In this document: positions 10,727-19,993 of the stretch, piece after piece | Numbering within the stretch: the stretch's first letter is position 1 | Layout of the letters: every line of letters starts with the position of its first letter | Assembly: GCA_963664305.2 (NCBI GenBank) | Contig: CAXXLV010000001.1 | Span: 512,001 to 576,000, forward strand | DNA from: an uncultured Aliarcobacter sp. | GTDB taxonomy: Bacteria; Campylobacterota; Campylobacteria; Campylobacterales; Arcobacteraceae | DNA length: 64,000 nt | Direction: 5' to 3' | Made by a program: the position numbers and the translations under genes | Notes under the pieces: model-generated | What the model saw: the letters and a program-made list of their open reading frames with translations, nothing else | The model's database searches: none | Told to the model about the DNA's origin: nothing

Positions 10727-10732
10727 CAATAT

Positions 10733-11713
10733 CTAACAATATTTTATTCCTTTTTCTGCAATATGTTTTATGGTAATTTCATTAAAATATTTATTCTGCT
10801 TTTTACAAAAATCTTTTATCTTTGTTTCTGAAAAATCAACTATATTTATAAATTCCCCAGTAAAATATTTTTTATCAATATTTTTATTAGCTAATAGAAT
10901 ATGTGCAAATATTCTCAATTCAATTTCTTCAATATATGATTTCTCTGTTGGACAAATTTCTTCCACTAAATATTCAACTACATAATATAAATATAAAAGA
11001 ATATATGGCAATCTACTATATAGATAAGCCCATTGAGTTAGTTTTGAATTATAATCTGAAAAAATAAAGTTTATATTAAATTTATCAGTCCTTATTGCAT
11101 CGTCTCCAGTAAATAAATGCATTGCCTGATTACAAATTCCATCAAAATTATCTTCACATCTTTTGTTATATCTTAAATTTGCAAGATATGAAGATGAAAA
11201 TAAACTAGTTAATCCTAATTTATTAAGTACTATATTTATTCGTTCTTCATGTCCTTCTATCTTAAATTTTTTCATCGTTATACTTGGTCTTAATTCTAAT
11301 GGATTATCTGCCATACTTTTCCCTAAAGCTGTTTCATCAATAATCATAGACTCTAATAAATATAAACTTTCTTGAATTGGTTTTCTAATTAACATATAAG
11401 TAATATTTAATTTACCTTTTTTTGATGAAATAAGTGCTTCATAAATACAATGTAAAATATCACTTAATAATGCAGGTAAAATAACAGTTTTTAATATTTT
11501 ATTTCTATGTTCATACAATTCATTTTCTTGAAGAAATAAAAGAATATCTCCATCATTCTCAAGATTATTTGCAATTTTTTCATCTAAACTAAATTCATAA
11601 TTAAAAATTCCCTGATTTTTACCACTTACTAATGTATTTACTAATAAATCATGTATAAAAAAACATAATTCATGCCCTGCAATAAATTCTTTTGGTAAAA
11701 AATCATTCTTCAT
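10733..11713 (-). CDS. Hypothetical all-helical protein (possibly HEPN/DUF5677-like)
   Basis: 326-aa ORF with GGAG RBS and no enzyme motif; LIRKPIQESLYLLE and later GICNQAMH segments. Confidence 0.7.
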   Translation of the reverse strand: MKNDFLPKEFIAGHELCFFIHDLLVNTLVSGKNQGIFNYEFSLDEKIANNLENDGDILLFLQENELYEHRNKILKTVILPALLSDILHCIYEALISSKKGKLNITYMLIRKPIQESLYLLESMIIDETALGKSMADNPLELRPSITMKKFKIEGHEERINIVLNKLGLTSLFSSSYLANLRYNKRCEDNFDGICNQAMHLFTGDDAIRTDKFNINFIFSDYNSKLTQWAYLYSRLPYILLYLYYVVEYLVEEICPTEKSYIEEIELRIFAHILLANKNIDKKYFTGEFINIVDFSETKIKDFCKKQNKYFNEITIKHIAEKGIKYC

Positions 11714-11734
11714 TTGATTTCTCCATCAAAACTC

Positions 11735-12421
11735 CTAAACATAAATCATTTTTTTAGTCATTCCACCATCAACTACAAAATCACTTCCAGTTATATAACC
11801 TCTATTTTTTAATAAAAATTTTACAGTATCAACTATATCTTCTGGAACACCAACTCGTCCACTTGGATGTTGAGAATTATCACTTTTTGTTGGAATATAC
11901 TCTTCATTTGTATTTATCCAACCAGGAGTTATTGAGTTTACTTTTACTTGAGGACTTAAAGTAATAGCCAATGCATGAGTTAATGCACTAATTCCACCTT
12001 TTGAAGCACTATAAGCTTCTGTTCCTACTTCACTCATCAAAGCTCTTGTTGAAGAGATATTTATGATATGTCCTTCTGATTCTTTTAGGAAATCTGCAAA
12101 CTCTTTTGAAAGAATATATGGAGCTGTAAGATTTGTATTTATTATATTTTCCCACTCTTCAAAAGTCTGTTTTTCTAGTATTTTCATTGAAAATATTGCA
12201 GCATTGTTTATTAAAGCATGAAGAGAATCAATATTTGTTTTTATCTTTTCAATAGTCTTTAAAAGCTGACTTTTATCAGATAAATCACATTTATAAAAAT
12301 CAACTTTTTCCATCTTATTTTCAACAATATCTATATTTATTACATGATATTTTTTTCTCAAATTTTTTGCTATAACTCTTCCAATACCATGTGATGCACC
12401 AGTTATTATGATATTTTTCAT
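11735..12421 (-). CDS. Classical SDR oxidoreductase
   Basis: TGASHGIG, NNAA, NISS, YSASK, NSITPGWI, VDGG. Confidence 0.92.
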   Translation of the reverse strand: MKNIIITGASHGIGRVIAKNLRKKYHVINIDIVENKMEKVDFYKCDLSDKSQLLKTIEKIKTNIDSLHALINNAAIFSMKILEKQTFEEWENIINTNLTAPYILSKEFADFLKESEGHIINISSTRALMSEVGTEAYSASKGGISALTHALAITLSPQVKVNSITPGWINTNEEYIPTKSDNSQHPSGRVGVPEDIVDTVKFLLKNRGYITGSDFVVDGGMTKKMIYV

Positions 12422-12436
12422 TTTATCTCCTAAAAT

Positions 12437-13045
12437 TTATTTATATTCCAATTTATTTACAACTAACTTTTTATTTTTAAATGGGTCAACAATCGCATTT
12501 ATTTCATCTAATTTATATTTTAAAGGAAAGCCTATTTTAGAGTTTGTTGCAGTACTTTCTAATATATAAAATCGTTTATCATTTACATATAAAGCTTTAC
12601 TATTTAATCTTATATTTTCAAAATGAATTATGACAAAAATATGTTCAGGAACTAATACAAAATAAATCTCTTCATAACCTTTTACTTTTAAAAGAGAAAT
12701 CAAAAGATTTGATTTATCATCACAATCCCCAAAATTTTGTTCAACTACTTGTTTTGAACTTCTTGCAATACTTTCGTTTATTTTATAAGGAATTCTTGTA
12801 ACAAAATCAAGCATTGATTGAACTTCACAAAGTTTATCATTTTTGCAATTTTTTGTTAAAAAATTTGCAAGTTTTGTTGTATATTCATCAGTTCTTACTT
12901 GATTTACATAAGTTGAGTCACCAATATCAATAAACTGATTTTTAACTATAAAAAAAGAACTAACAATCAAATAAACAACATAAATTATAAAAATAGCAGA
13001 AATTAAAAAAGAGAAATATTTTAATAATCTGCTATTTATTAACAT
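12437..13045 (-). CDS. Membrane-anchored transglutaminase-like (cysteine protease fold) protein
   Basis: N-terminal TM; GDCDDKS catalytic Cys motif; EHIFV; LEST. Confidence 0.8.
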   Translation of the reverse strand: MLINSRLLKYFSFLISAIFIIYVVYLIVSSFFIVKNQFIDIGDSTYVNQVRTDEYTTKLANFLTKNCKNDKLCEVQSMLDFVTRIPYKINESIARSSKQVVEQNFGDCDDKSNLLISLLKVKGYEEIYFVLVPEHIFVIIHFENIRLNSKALYVNDKRFYILESTATNSKIGFPLKYKLDEINAIVDPFKNKKLVVNKLEYK

Positions 13046-14052
13046 ATTTCATTTAATGCTTTTTGTAAAGTTTCATTTGCAGTTGAACTTTTAACTGCAA
13101 TTCTTACAAATCGTTCATCTAAAAAATCAAAGTTTGAGCAATCTCTAACCATGATTTTAAATGGTTTTAATTTTTCTTGAAACTCTTTTGCATTTAGACT
13201 TTTTAGTTTTACTAAAAGATAATTTGCACTACTTTCAGAAATTTCATCTATCAAACTAGAACTTTTTAAAATATTTTCTAACTCTATTTTATTTTTGATA
13301 TTTATAGCTTTTGAAATAGATTTAAAAAGTTTATCATCTAGTGCAGCTTGTAAATAGTTTGAATCAAACTGTGATAATTTCCACATAGGTTCAAACTCTT
13401 TTAGTTTTTCTATATTTTCTTTTGTAGAAACTATTGTCCCTACTCTAATTCCAGCACTCGAATAAAATTTTGTCATTGATTTTAAAATGTATAATTTATC
13501 ATAAGTTTTTAGATATTTTATAGCACTAGGTTTATCACAAAAATCTAAAAAACTCTCATCAATTAAAATCGTACAAGATTTTTCTATCCAAGTTTTCATC
13601 AACTCTTCTAAATCATAATATCTTCCATCAGGAGTTGAAGGATTTACAAAAATCACAAAACTATTCTCTTTTACTTCTTGATTTATATTTTCAAATCTAT
13701 TTATCAAATTTAATTCATAACCAAAATTTAAAGCAGCCTTTTTATACTCTAAATAAGCAGGTGAATAAATCGTACAAGTTTGTAAAGAAAGATGTTTAAA
13801 TAGAGTAAAAATCGCACTACTTCCACCATTAAATAGTTCTATTTCTAAATTTTCAACTCCATAGTTTGATGAGATTTTATCATATAACTTATCATAAGTT
13901 GGATATGAAGAAATATCTAAAGTGTTAAAATCTACATTTATTTGAGGTTTTACAAAATTTATATTTGAAGATAAATCTATAATCTCATCTACACTGCATC
14001 CCAATTCAAATGCAAATTTTTCTATCTGCCCACCATGTTCAAAAGTTTTCAT
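13039..14052 (-). CDS. cobD: Threonine-phosphate decarboxylase (PLP, class I/II aminotransferase fold)
   Basis: HGG start, DLSSNIN, NPSTPDG, DESFLDF, SMTKFYSSAGIRVG; cob gene context. Confidence 0.88.
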   Translation of the reverse strand: MKTFEHGGQIEKFAFELGCSVDEIIDLSSNINFVKPQINVDFNTLDISSYPTYDKLYDKISSNYGVENLEIELFNGGSSAIFTLFKHLSLQTCTIYSPAYLEYKKAALNFGYELNLINRFENINQEVKENSFVIFVNPSTPDGRYYDLEELMKTWIEKSCTILIDESFLDFCDKPSAIKYLKTYDKLYILKSMTKFYSSAGIRVGTIVSTKENIEKLKEFEPMWKLSQFDSNYLQAALDDKLFKSISKAINIKNKIELENILKSSSLIDEISESSANYLLVKLKSLNAKEFQEKLKPFKIMVRDCSNFDFLDERFVRIAVKSSTANETLQKALNEIC

Positions 14053-14795
14053 AATATTAAAAGTAATCCTATATTTAAAAGTATTAATTCTGTATGTTCA
14101 AGAGTAAATCCCAAACAATCTCCATTTACAAAGCCAAATTTATTGTTTAAAACTTTTAATACAAAATAAAAACTCAAAAGTGATAAAACAAATAAAACTA
14201 AAACATTTGTTCCAATAAAAAGTGCAATTATTACATAAATCAAAGCAAAAAGTTTAAGTTGAAAAATCCCAGAATTTGCAAAAGCCAAAGATAAAAAACT
14301 ATCTTTACTAAATTTAAAATATCCAAGAAGATAAATAAGATTTAATCTTGAAAAAACACAAACAAGTAAAAATAGAACATATTGTTTTTCATATAAAACA
14401 TATGTGATTATTCCAACTTTTAAAAGTACAAATGAAAAAGCATATAAAGCCCCAATTGCCCCAATAGTTGACTCTTTCATAATCATATAGGCATCTTTCC
14501 CACTATATGAAGCAAACCAAGCATCAACCACATCTATAATTGCTTCAGTGTGTATAAATCCATAAAGAGCAAGATAAATAACCGCACATACAAAAGAAGC
14601 ATATAAAGGGTGAAAAAAATCAACTAATATATAATTTAAACCTATTACTATTGAAGCTAAAATCGCTCCCACAAGTGGCAATAAAGCTAAAGTATATTTA
14701 TAAGTTTCATTGTTTATTTCCATATTTTTTATAAAAACAGGAATTATTGAAAAATATGAAAGAGCGAAGAAAAAAGCATTTTTTATTTGTTTCAT
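14049..14795 (-). CDS. cobS: Adenosylcobinamide-GDP ribazoletransferase (cobalamin synthase)
   Basis: Polytopic membrane protein; GFIHTEAIIDVVD, MKESTIGAIG, FGFVNGDCLG. Confidence 0.92.
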   Translation of the reverse strand: MKQIKNAFFFALSYFSIIPVFIKNMEINNETYKYTLALLPLVGAILASIVIGLNYILVDFFHPLYASFVCAVIYLALYGFIHTEAIIDVVDAWFASYSGKDAYMIMKESTIGAIGALYAFSFVLLKVGIITYVLYEKQYVLFLLVCVFSRLNLIYLLGYFKFSKDSFLSLAFANSGIFQLKLFALIYVIIALFIGTNVLVLFVLSLLSFYFVLKVLNNKFGFVNGDCLGFTLEHTELILLNIGLLLIL

Positions 14796-15286
14796 TTTAA
14801 TCTTCTTTCTAAACCAAATTTCACTTCATAAACCTCATCACAAAGTTTTGCTAACTCTTGTCCTATAAGTCCTGAAGAATCTACAAATCTTCGTGATTCT
14901 CTATCAAAAGGAATTACACCACAAGAAACATCATTTAAAATAAAAACTATATTTGCATCAACTTCACAAATCTTTTTTAGTTGAGATTTAAGTTCTTCTT
15001 CACTTTTTTCAAGATTATTAAAAAGCCACATTGAAACACAATCGATTAAATATGTATTGTTTTTTTCTACTATTTTTGTTAAATCTTTTGCTTCTTCAAC
15101 ACTATTAAAATTATCTTCTCTTTCAATTATATGTTTGTTTATTCTATCTTGCATAGACTCATCACCAAAAGAGTTATCATAAGTTGCTATATAATATGGC
15201 TTTTTATCTTTTGATAACTCTAAAGCTTTTTTGATTCCTGCTTTTGTTTTTCCTGATTTTTGTCCACCAAAATAAAATATTTTCAT
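14792..15286 (-). CDS. cobU: Bifunctional adenosylcobinamide kinase / phosphate guanylyltransferase
   Basis: GGQKSGKT, YIAT, RINKH..ER, LIDCVSMWL, NDVSCGVIP, RRFVD..G.IGQ. Confidence 0.93.
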   Translation of the reverse strand: MKIFYFGGQKSGKTKAGIKKALELSKDKKPYYIATYDNSFGDESMQDRINKHIIEREDNFNSVEEAKDLTKIVEKNNTYLIDCVSMWLFNNLEKSEEELKSQLKKICEVDANIVFILNDVSCGVIPFDRESRRFVDSSGLIGQELAKLCDEVYEVKFGLERRLK

Positions 15287-15885
15287 TATAATCCTAAAAA
15301 GTTTTTAATACCTGTAAATACGATTTGAGCTGAAAGTGCTGCTAAAATCAAACCAGTGATTTTTGAAATAACTAAAAGTCCTTGTTTTCCCATCATTCTT
15401 TCAAAAATACTTGAACTATAAAGCATAAAACCTATCACTAAAACAGCACTAATCAAAGCTAAACTTCCCGTTAGCATAGAAGAAGTATCTTCAAAAGTTG
15501 CTCCCATAACAAGTAAAATACCAATTGTTCCAGGTCCTACAATAACAGGAATTGCTAAAGGAACAACAGCTTGTTGAAGCACATCTTTATCTCCAACTTT
15601 TGCACTATCTTTGCTTCCTTTTACCAACTCAATTGCTGTTAAAAATAGTAAAGCTCCAGCTCCTATTCTAAAAGCATCAAGGGTAATTCCAAAAATTGTA
15701 AATATATGTTTTCCAAAAAATAACAATATCATACTTGTAATGATTACTGAAATGGTAACCTTAATAGCCAAAGCCTTTTTCTGTTTAGCACTTGCTTCTT
15801 GAGTTACTGTTAAGAATACTGTTAAAGCAAAAAAAGGTGCCATAATAAAAAACATTTTTAAAAATGTTGAAATAAATAAATCCAT
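15286..15885 (-). CDS. MarC family membrane protein
   Basis: FGITLDAFRIGAG, VVPLAIPVIVGPGTI, KITGLILAA. Confidence 0.92.
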   Translation of the reverse strand: MDLFISTFLKMFFIMAPFFALTVFLTVTQEASAKQKKALAIKVTISVIITSMILLFFGKHIFTIFGITLDAFRIGAGALLFLTAIELVKGSKDSAKVGDKDVLQQAVVPLAIPVIVGPGTIGILLVMGATFEDTSSMLTGSLALISAVLVIGFMLYSSSIFERMMGKQGLLVISKITGLILAALSAQIVFTGIKNFLGL

Positions 15886-15908
15886 TAGAATCCTAAATTA
15901 TATAAAGA

Positions 15909-16532
15909 TTAAAAATATTTTTTAATCTCTTTTGCCCAAAGTTCATAGGCACTTCCATTTAAATGTAAATCATCCGAAGTAAACTCTTTTTTTAAGACTT
16001 TTTGTGGAGCTAAAATTGGATTTAGATTTATAAATGTGATTTGATTTTTACTTGCATATTCTTCTAATCTTTTATTTAACTCTTCAACTTTTGGATTAAA
16101 ATTTTCCATTCTTTTTTCACCAATAAAAAGTGTTGATTGAATATAAACTTTTATATTTTTATCTTTAAAAGTTTTAATTATCTTCATATAATTGTTATAA
16201 ATTTCATCAACTTCTTTTCCTCGCATGATATCATTTACACCAATCATTATAAAAACTTGTTTTATACTTTTATTTATAGAGTCTAATCTTTCTAATACTC
16301 CACTTGTAGTATCACCACTAATCCCTCTATTTTGAACTTTATCATTATTTAGCAATTCATCCCATAAACCTTCGTCAGTTATTGAATCACCTAACATCAT
16401 AGTTTCATATTTATCACTATTTTTTAACATTTCAAATTGGCTCTTTTTATGTTTGTAATATGGGTCATCTTGTATTTGCCAAGCTTGTAACATCATCATA
16501 CTTCCAAAAAACAATATCAAAAACTTTTTCAT
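15909..16532 (-). CDS. Secreted SGNH/GDSL hydrolase
   Basis: Signal peptide; GDSIT, NRGISGD, GVND, DDLHLN blocks. Confidence 0.92.
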   Translation of the reverse strand: MKKFLILFFGSMMMLQAWQIQDDPYYKHKKSQFEMLKNSDKYETMMLGDSITDEGLWDELLNNDKVQNRGISGDTTSGVLERLDSINKSIKQVFIMIGVNDIMRGKEVDEIYNNYMKIIKTFKDKNIKVYIQSTLFIGEKRMENFNPKVEELNKRLEEYASKNQITFINLNPILAPQKVLKKEFTSDDLHLNGSAYELWAKEIKKYF

Positions 16533-16535
16533 TTT

Positions 16536-17600
16536 TTATCCTAAAAAACTCTCTATTTTATTTGTAATTTGCTCTTTTGATAATCCATTAATTGTAGCAT
16601 AACATAAAGCTCCTCCACAACCAACTCCCTCTTTTGCTTCACCTTCATCATAAAGTTTAAGTGCAGGATGATTTGATAAACTAAAATCAAATTCACTAGC
16701 ATATGCATTAATAGGAAAATCCAATTGTTCTAAAATTGCTTTTATATCTGAATTTTCATCTTTACTTATCCATTTCGTAGTACAAAGGGCAAGATTTGAA
16801 GAATCAATCTCTCCCGCCATACTTTTTAAAATTGAATTTACCACAAGTAAAACTGAGGCCATTTGAGTTCCACCAGCAAGAATAACTTTCAAATCATTTA
16901 CTCTACTTCCTAAAATAAATCCAGCATTAAAAATAATCATGTTATCACTAACTTTTGATAATTTTTCAAAAATATCATCATTTTTATCTAGATTATCTAA
17001 AGCTTTTTTTATCGTCTCATTTTTTATATCACTTGGATTATTTTTAAATGAACTTGAGAAATATCCATCACATTCATAACCAAGTGCTTTTGCAGTCGAA
17101 TTTGCTGTTGTAGTTCCTGCAGGAATTGTCTCAGCAATTATCACATAATCATCTTTTGTTTCAAAATTTTGTCCAAATTCCAATCCTTTTTGGAATATTT
17201 CCATGGCTGGTATTTTGGCATTAGTTGTTATTGATTCACTTGGTTTTATATCAAAATTATGAATTTTAAAATAATCAATTTGAGGAATTACTTCTAATCC
17301 TAAATTTAAAATTTCTATATTTGAATATGGATTTAATTCATGAATTGCTCTAGTTATTAATGCAGGTGTGGGAACACCTTTTGGTGTTTGTGCAATATCA
17401 GGAAGTGAACGTACTTCTTTTGTACATAAAAATTCAGCATCAAGAGTTGGAGTAAGATAAAGTTTTCCAGGAATTCCAGCTTGTGAGATATTTGGTATTT
17501 CACATGTTTTCGTTACGCTACAGCTAAGTAAAAAAGTTGCTTTTTTGCCTCTTAAGAACTCTAAAAAATCTACTTTTCCTAAAATTGTTTCAAAATTCAT
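16536..17600 (-). CDS. cobT: Nicotinate-mononucleotide:base phosphoribosyltransferase, archaeal/cyanobacterial (TIGR00303) CobT type
   Basis: ISQAG, TPTLDAE, PTPALIT, ETIPAGTTTA, LAGGTQM, KEGVGCGG. Confidence 0.85.
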   Translation of the reverse strand: MNFETILGKVDFLEFLRGKKATFLLSCSVTKTCEIPNISQAGIPGKLYLTPTLDAEFLCTKEVRSLPDIAQTPKGVPTPALITRAIHELNPYSNIEILNLGLEVIPQIDYFKIHNFDIKPSESITTNAKIPAMEIFQKGLEFGQNFETKDDYVIIAETIPAGTTTANSTAKALGYECDGYFSSSFKNNPSDIKNETIKKALDNLDKNDDIFEKLSKVSDNMIIFNAGFILGSRVNDLKVILAGGTQMASVLLVVNSILKSMAGEIDSSNLALCTTKWISKDENSDIKAILEQLDFPINAYASEFDFSLSNHPALKLYDEGEAKEGVGCGGALCYATINGLSKEQITNKIESFLG

Positions 17601-17735
17601 TTGAAGCCTTTTTGTATAATTTTTGAGAAGTATAACAAATATTAGATAAATGCTTATTTTTTTTAATATCTCCTTATATTTCTTTTGTAACTAAATTATT
17701 ATATAATTCTTTTATAATTCCAATAAGGAGGATTT

Positions 17736-19142
17736 ATGTCAAATCAAATGTTAAAAATGATTGCACCACTTGCAGTCTTAGTTATTTTTTGGTTCATTCC
17801 AGCACCAGAAGGTTTATCTGCCAATGCGTGGCATTTCTTAGCAGTATTTTTTGCTGTTGTTGTAGGACTTATTATTGAGCCTGTTCCTGCTGCTCTTGTA
17901 GGTTTTACAGGTATCTCTTTTGTAGCTCTAATAGGATTAGTTGGAAATCCTAAAGAAAGTATTACATGGGCACTATCTGGTTTCTCAAATAGTGTTATTT
18001 GGTTAATCTTTGCTGCATTTATGTTTGCACGTGGTTATGAAAAAACTGGACTTGGAAGAAGAGTTTCTTTAATCATGGTTAGATTTATGGGGAAAAGCTC
18101 ATTAGGTCTTGGATATGCAGTTGCATTCTCTGATTTAATTTTAGCACCATTTATGCCATCAAACACTGCAAGAAGCGGTGGTTCAGTTTATCCTGTTGCT
18201 ATTAATATTCCGCATATTTTTGATTCATATCCAGATAAAGATCCAAGAAAATTAGGTTCTTATATTTCATGGGTAGCAATCGCAACTACTTGTGTAACAA
18301 GTTCTATGTTCCTAACTGCACTTGCACCAAATCTATTAGCTGTAGATTTAATTGGAAAAAGTACAGGTCACGTTATTAGTTGGGGAGAGTGGGCAGGAGT
18401 TATGTTACCTTTAATGATTCCATTATTTTTACTTACTCCTTGGTTAACTTATGTTGTTTATCCACCAACACAAAAAAAATCTCCTGAAGCTCCAGCTTGG
18501 GCAGCAGAAGAGTTAAAAAAACTTGGACCTGTTACATTTAAAGAATATCTAATGGCATCTCTTGCAACTATTGCTTTAGTTTTATGGATTTTTGGAAAAG
18601 AGTTTGGAGTTGATTCTACTACGGTTGCAATCTCTATTGTTGCAATTATGGTTTTAGCAAATGTTATTACTTGGGATGACTTACTTTCAAATAAAGCAGC
18701 ATTCAATGTTCTTATTTGGTTCTCAACTTTAGTTGCAATGGCAGCGGGGCTTAAAAAAGTAGGTATTTTAGATTGGATTGGAGCTAATACTCAAACTATG
18801 TTAGCAGGAATGAATCCAACAACTCTAATCATTGCATTAGTAATATTATTCTTTTTATTACACTATTTCTTTGCAAGTGTTACTGCTCACGTTACAGCTT
18901 TAATCCCTGTATTCATGACAATTGCAGCTTCACTTTTACCACCAGAACAAATAATTCCATTTACAGTTATCTTAGCTGGAAGTTTAGGGGTTATGGGAAT
19001 TATCACTCCATATGGAACTGGTCCTTCTCCTATTTGGTATGGTGCAGGATATATTTCACAAGCAAAATGGTGGCTTTTAGGTGCTCTATTTGGAGGACTT
19101 TATCTAGCAGTTATTGTTGTTGGTGCATTTATATTCATCTAA
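17736..19142 (+). CDS. DASS family anion transporter (CitT/TtdT-like)
   Basis: PSNTARSGG, SMFLTALAPN, HYFFASVTAH, TPYGTGPSPIWYG. Confidence 0.92.
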   Translation: MSNQMLKMIAPLAVLVIFWFIPAPEGLSANAWHFLAVFFAVVVGLIIEPVPAALVGFTGISFVALIGLVGNPKESITWALSGFSNSVIWLIFAAFMFARGYEKTGLGRRVSLIMVRFMGKSSLGLGYAVAFSDLILAPFMPSNTARSGGSVYPVAINIPHIFDSYPDKDPRKLGSYISWVAIATTCVTSSMFLTALAPNLLAVDLIGKSTGHVISWGEWAGVMLPLMIPLFLLTPWLTYVVYPPTQKKSPEAPAWAAEELKKLGPVTFKEYLMASLATIALVLWIFGKEFGVDSTTVAISIVAIMVLANVITWDDLLSNKAAFNVLIWFSTLVAMAAGLKKVGILDWIGANTQTMLAGMNPTTLIIALVILFFLLHYFFASVTAHVTALIPVFMTIAASLLPPEQIIPFTVILAGSLGVMGIITPYGTGPSPIWYGAGYISQAKWWLLGALFGGLYLAVIVVGAFIFI

Positions 19143-19173
19143 TATTTAAAAGAGAGTTTCTCTCTTTTAAATA
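19143..19173. terminator. Bidirectional terminator between DASS and TSUP genes
   Basis: tatttaaaagagag-ttt-ctctcttttaaata perfect stem between convergent genes. Confidence 0.8.
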
Positions 19174-19913
19174 ATTGTTTGATAAGTTAAAAAACAAGCT
19201 ATCAAAAATAAAATACCTTTTACAACTTTTCTATAACTTTCTTGAGGGATTTTATCTTTAATTTTTAATCCAATAAACATTGCAACAACTACTACAATTA
19301 AACTACTAAATGATGTTATTAATAACTCTTCACTAAATGAACCATGAATTGCAAAAAGAACTATTTGAATAACTTTTCCAAATAAAAAACATAAATTTGT
19401 AGATTGAATTATCTCTTTTTTTGTATGTTTTGATTCAAGTGAATAAATGATTAAAATAGAAGCCATAACATTTGTTAAACCTCCAATAATTCCAGCAACT
19501 AATCCAAATACAATCATAGATAAAGTTTTCTTTTCTCTTACCCATTTAATTTCAATTCTAAATTTTTGAATAAATAAATACAAAAATATTGAAAGTGCTA
19601 ATAATAGTTTGAATATTTCTGAACTACTAAAAATAAGTATTTGTGTTCCTATTGCACTTCCTATCATTCCTAAAATTGCAATTGGATAAAACCTTTTTAC
19701 AGCTTGTAAAAAGTTTCCTTCACTATAAATAGAAATAAGATTTATCAGCAATGTAGGAATAGCAATATACAAAATAGCAGTTTTTACATCTGTTACAATA
19801 GCTAAAAGTGGCGTAGCAATCATAGGAAAACCAAAACCAACTGTACCATGAACTAAAGATGAGATAAAAATAATTGCAGAAAAGATGATTAAAAAATCAG
19901 TGTTTAAATCCAT
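19167..19913 (-). CDS. TauE/SafE (TSUP) family permease
   Basis: About 8 TM segments; HGTVGFGFPMIATP repeated as GIIGGLTN. Confidence 0.88.
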   Translation of the reverse strand: MDLNTDFLIIFSAIIFISSLVHGTVGFGFPMIATPLLAIVTDVKTAILYIAIPTLLINLISIYSEGNFLQAVKRFYPIAILGMIGSAIGTQILIFSSSEIFKLLLALSIFLYLFIQKFRIEIKWVREKKTLSMIVFGLVAGIIGGLTNVMASILIIYSLESKHTKKEIIQSTNLCFLFGKVIQIVLFAIHGSFSEELLITSFSSLIVVVVAMFIGLKIKDKIPQESYRKVVKGILFLIACFLTYQTII

Positions 19914-19965
19914 AATAAATCCTAAAAAAATTTATTATAGAGCAATTTTATTAAAGGTAAAGAAG

Positions 19966-19993
19966 TTAAAAGAGAGATTTATCTCTCTTTTAA
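19966..19993 (-). terminator. Terminator after dsbD, near-identical to the 19143-19173 hairpin
   Basis: ttaaaagagagat-tt-atctctcttttaa. Confidence 0.75.

Noticed and set aside
17601..17735. Possible cobalamin riboswitch upstream of cob genes (also checked 9231-9349 and 6317-6411)
   Set aside because: The intergenic regions are short, almost purely A/T, and lack the B12-box and GGGAA core.
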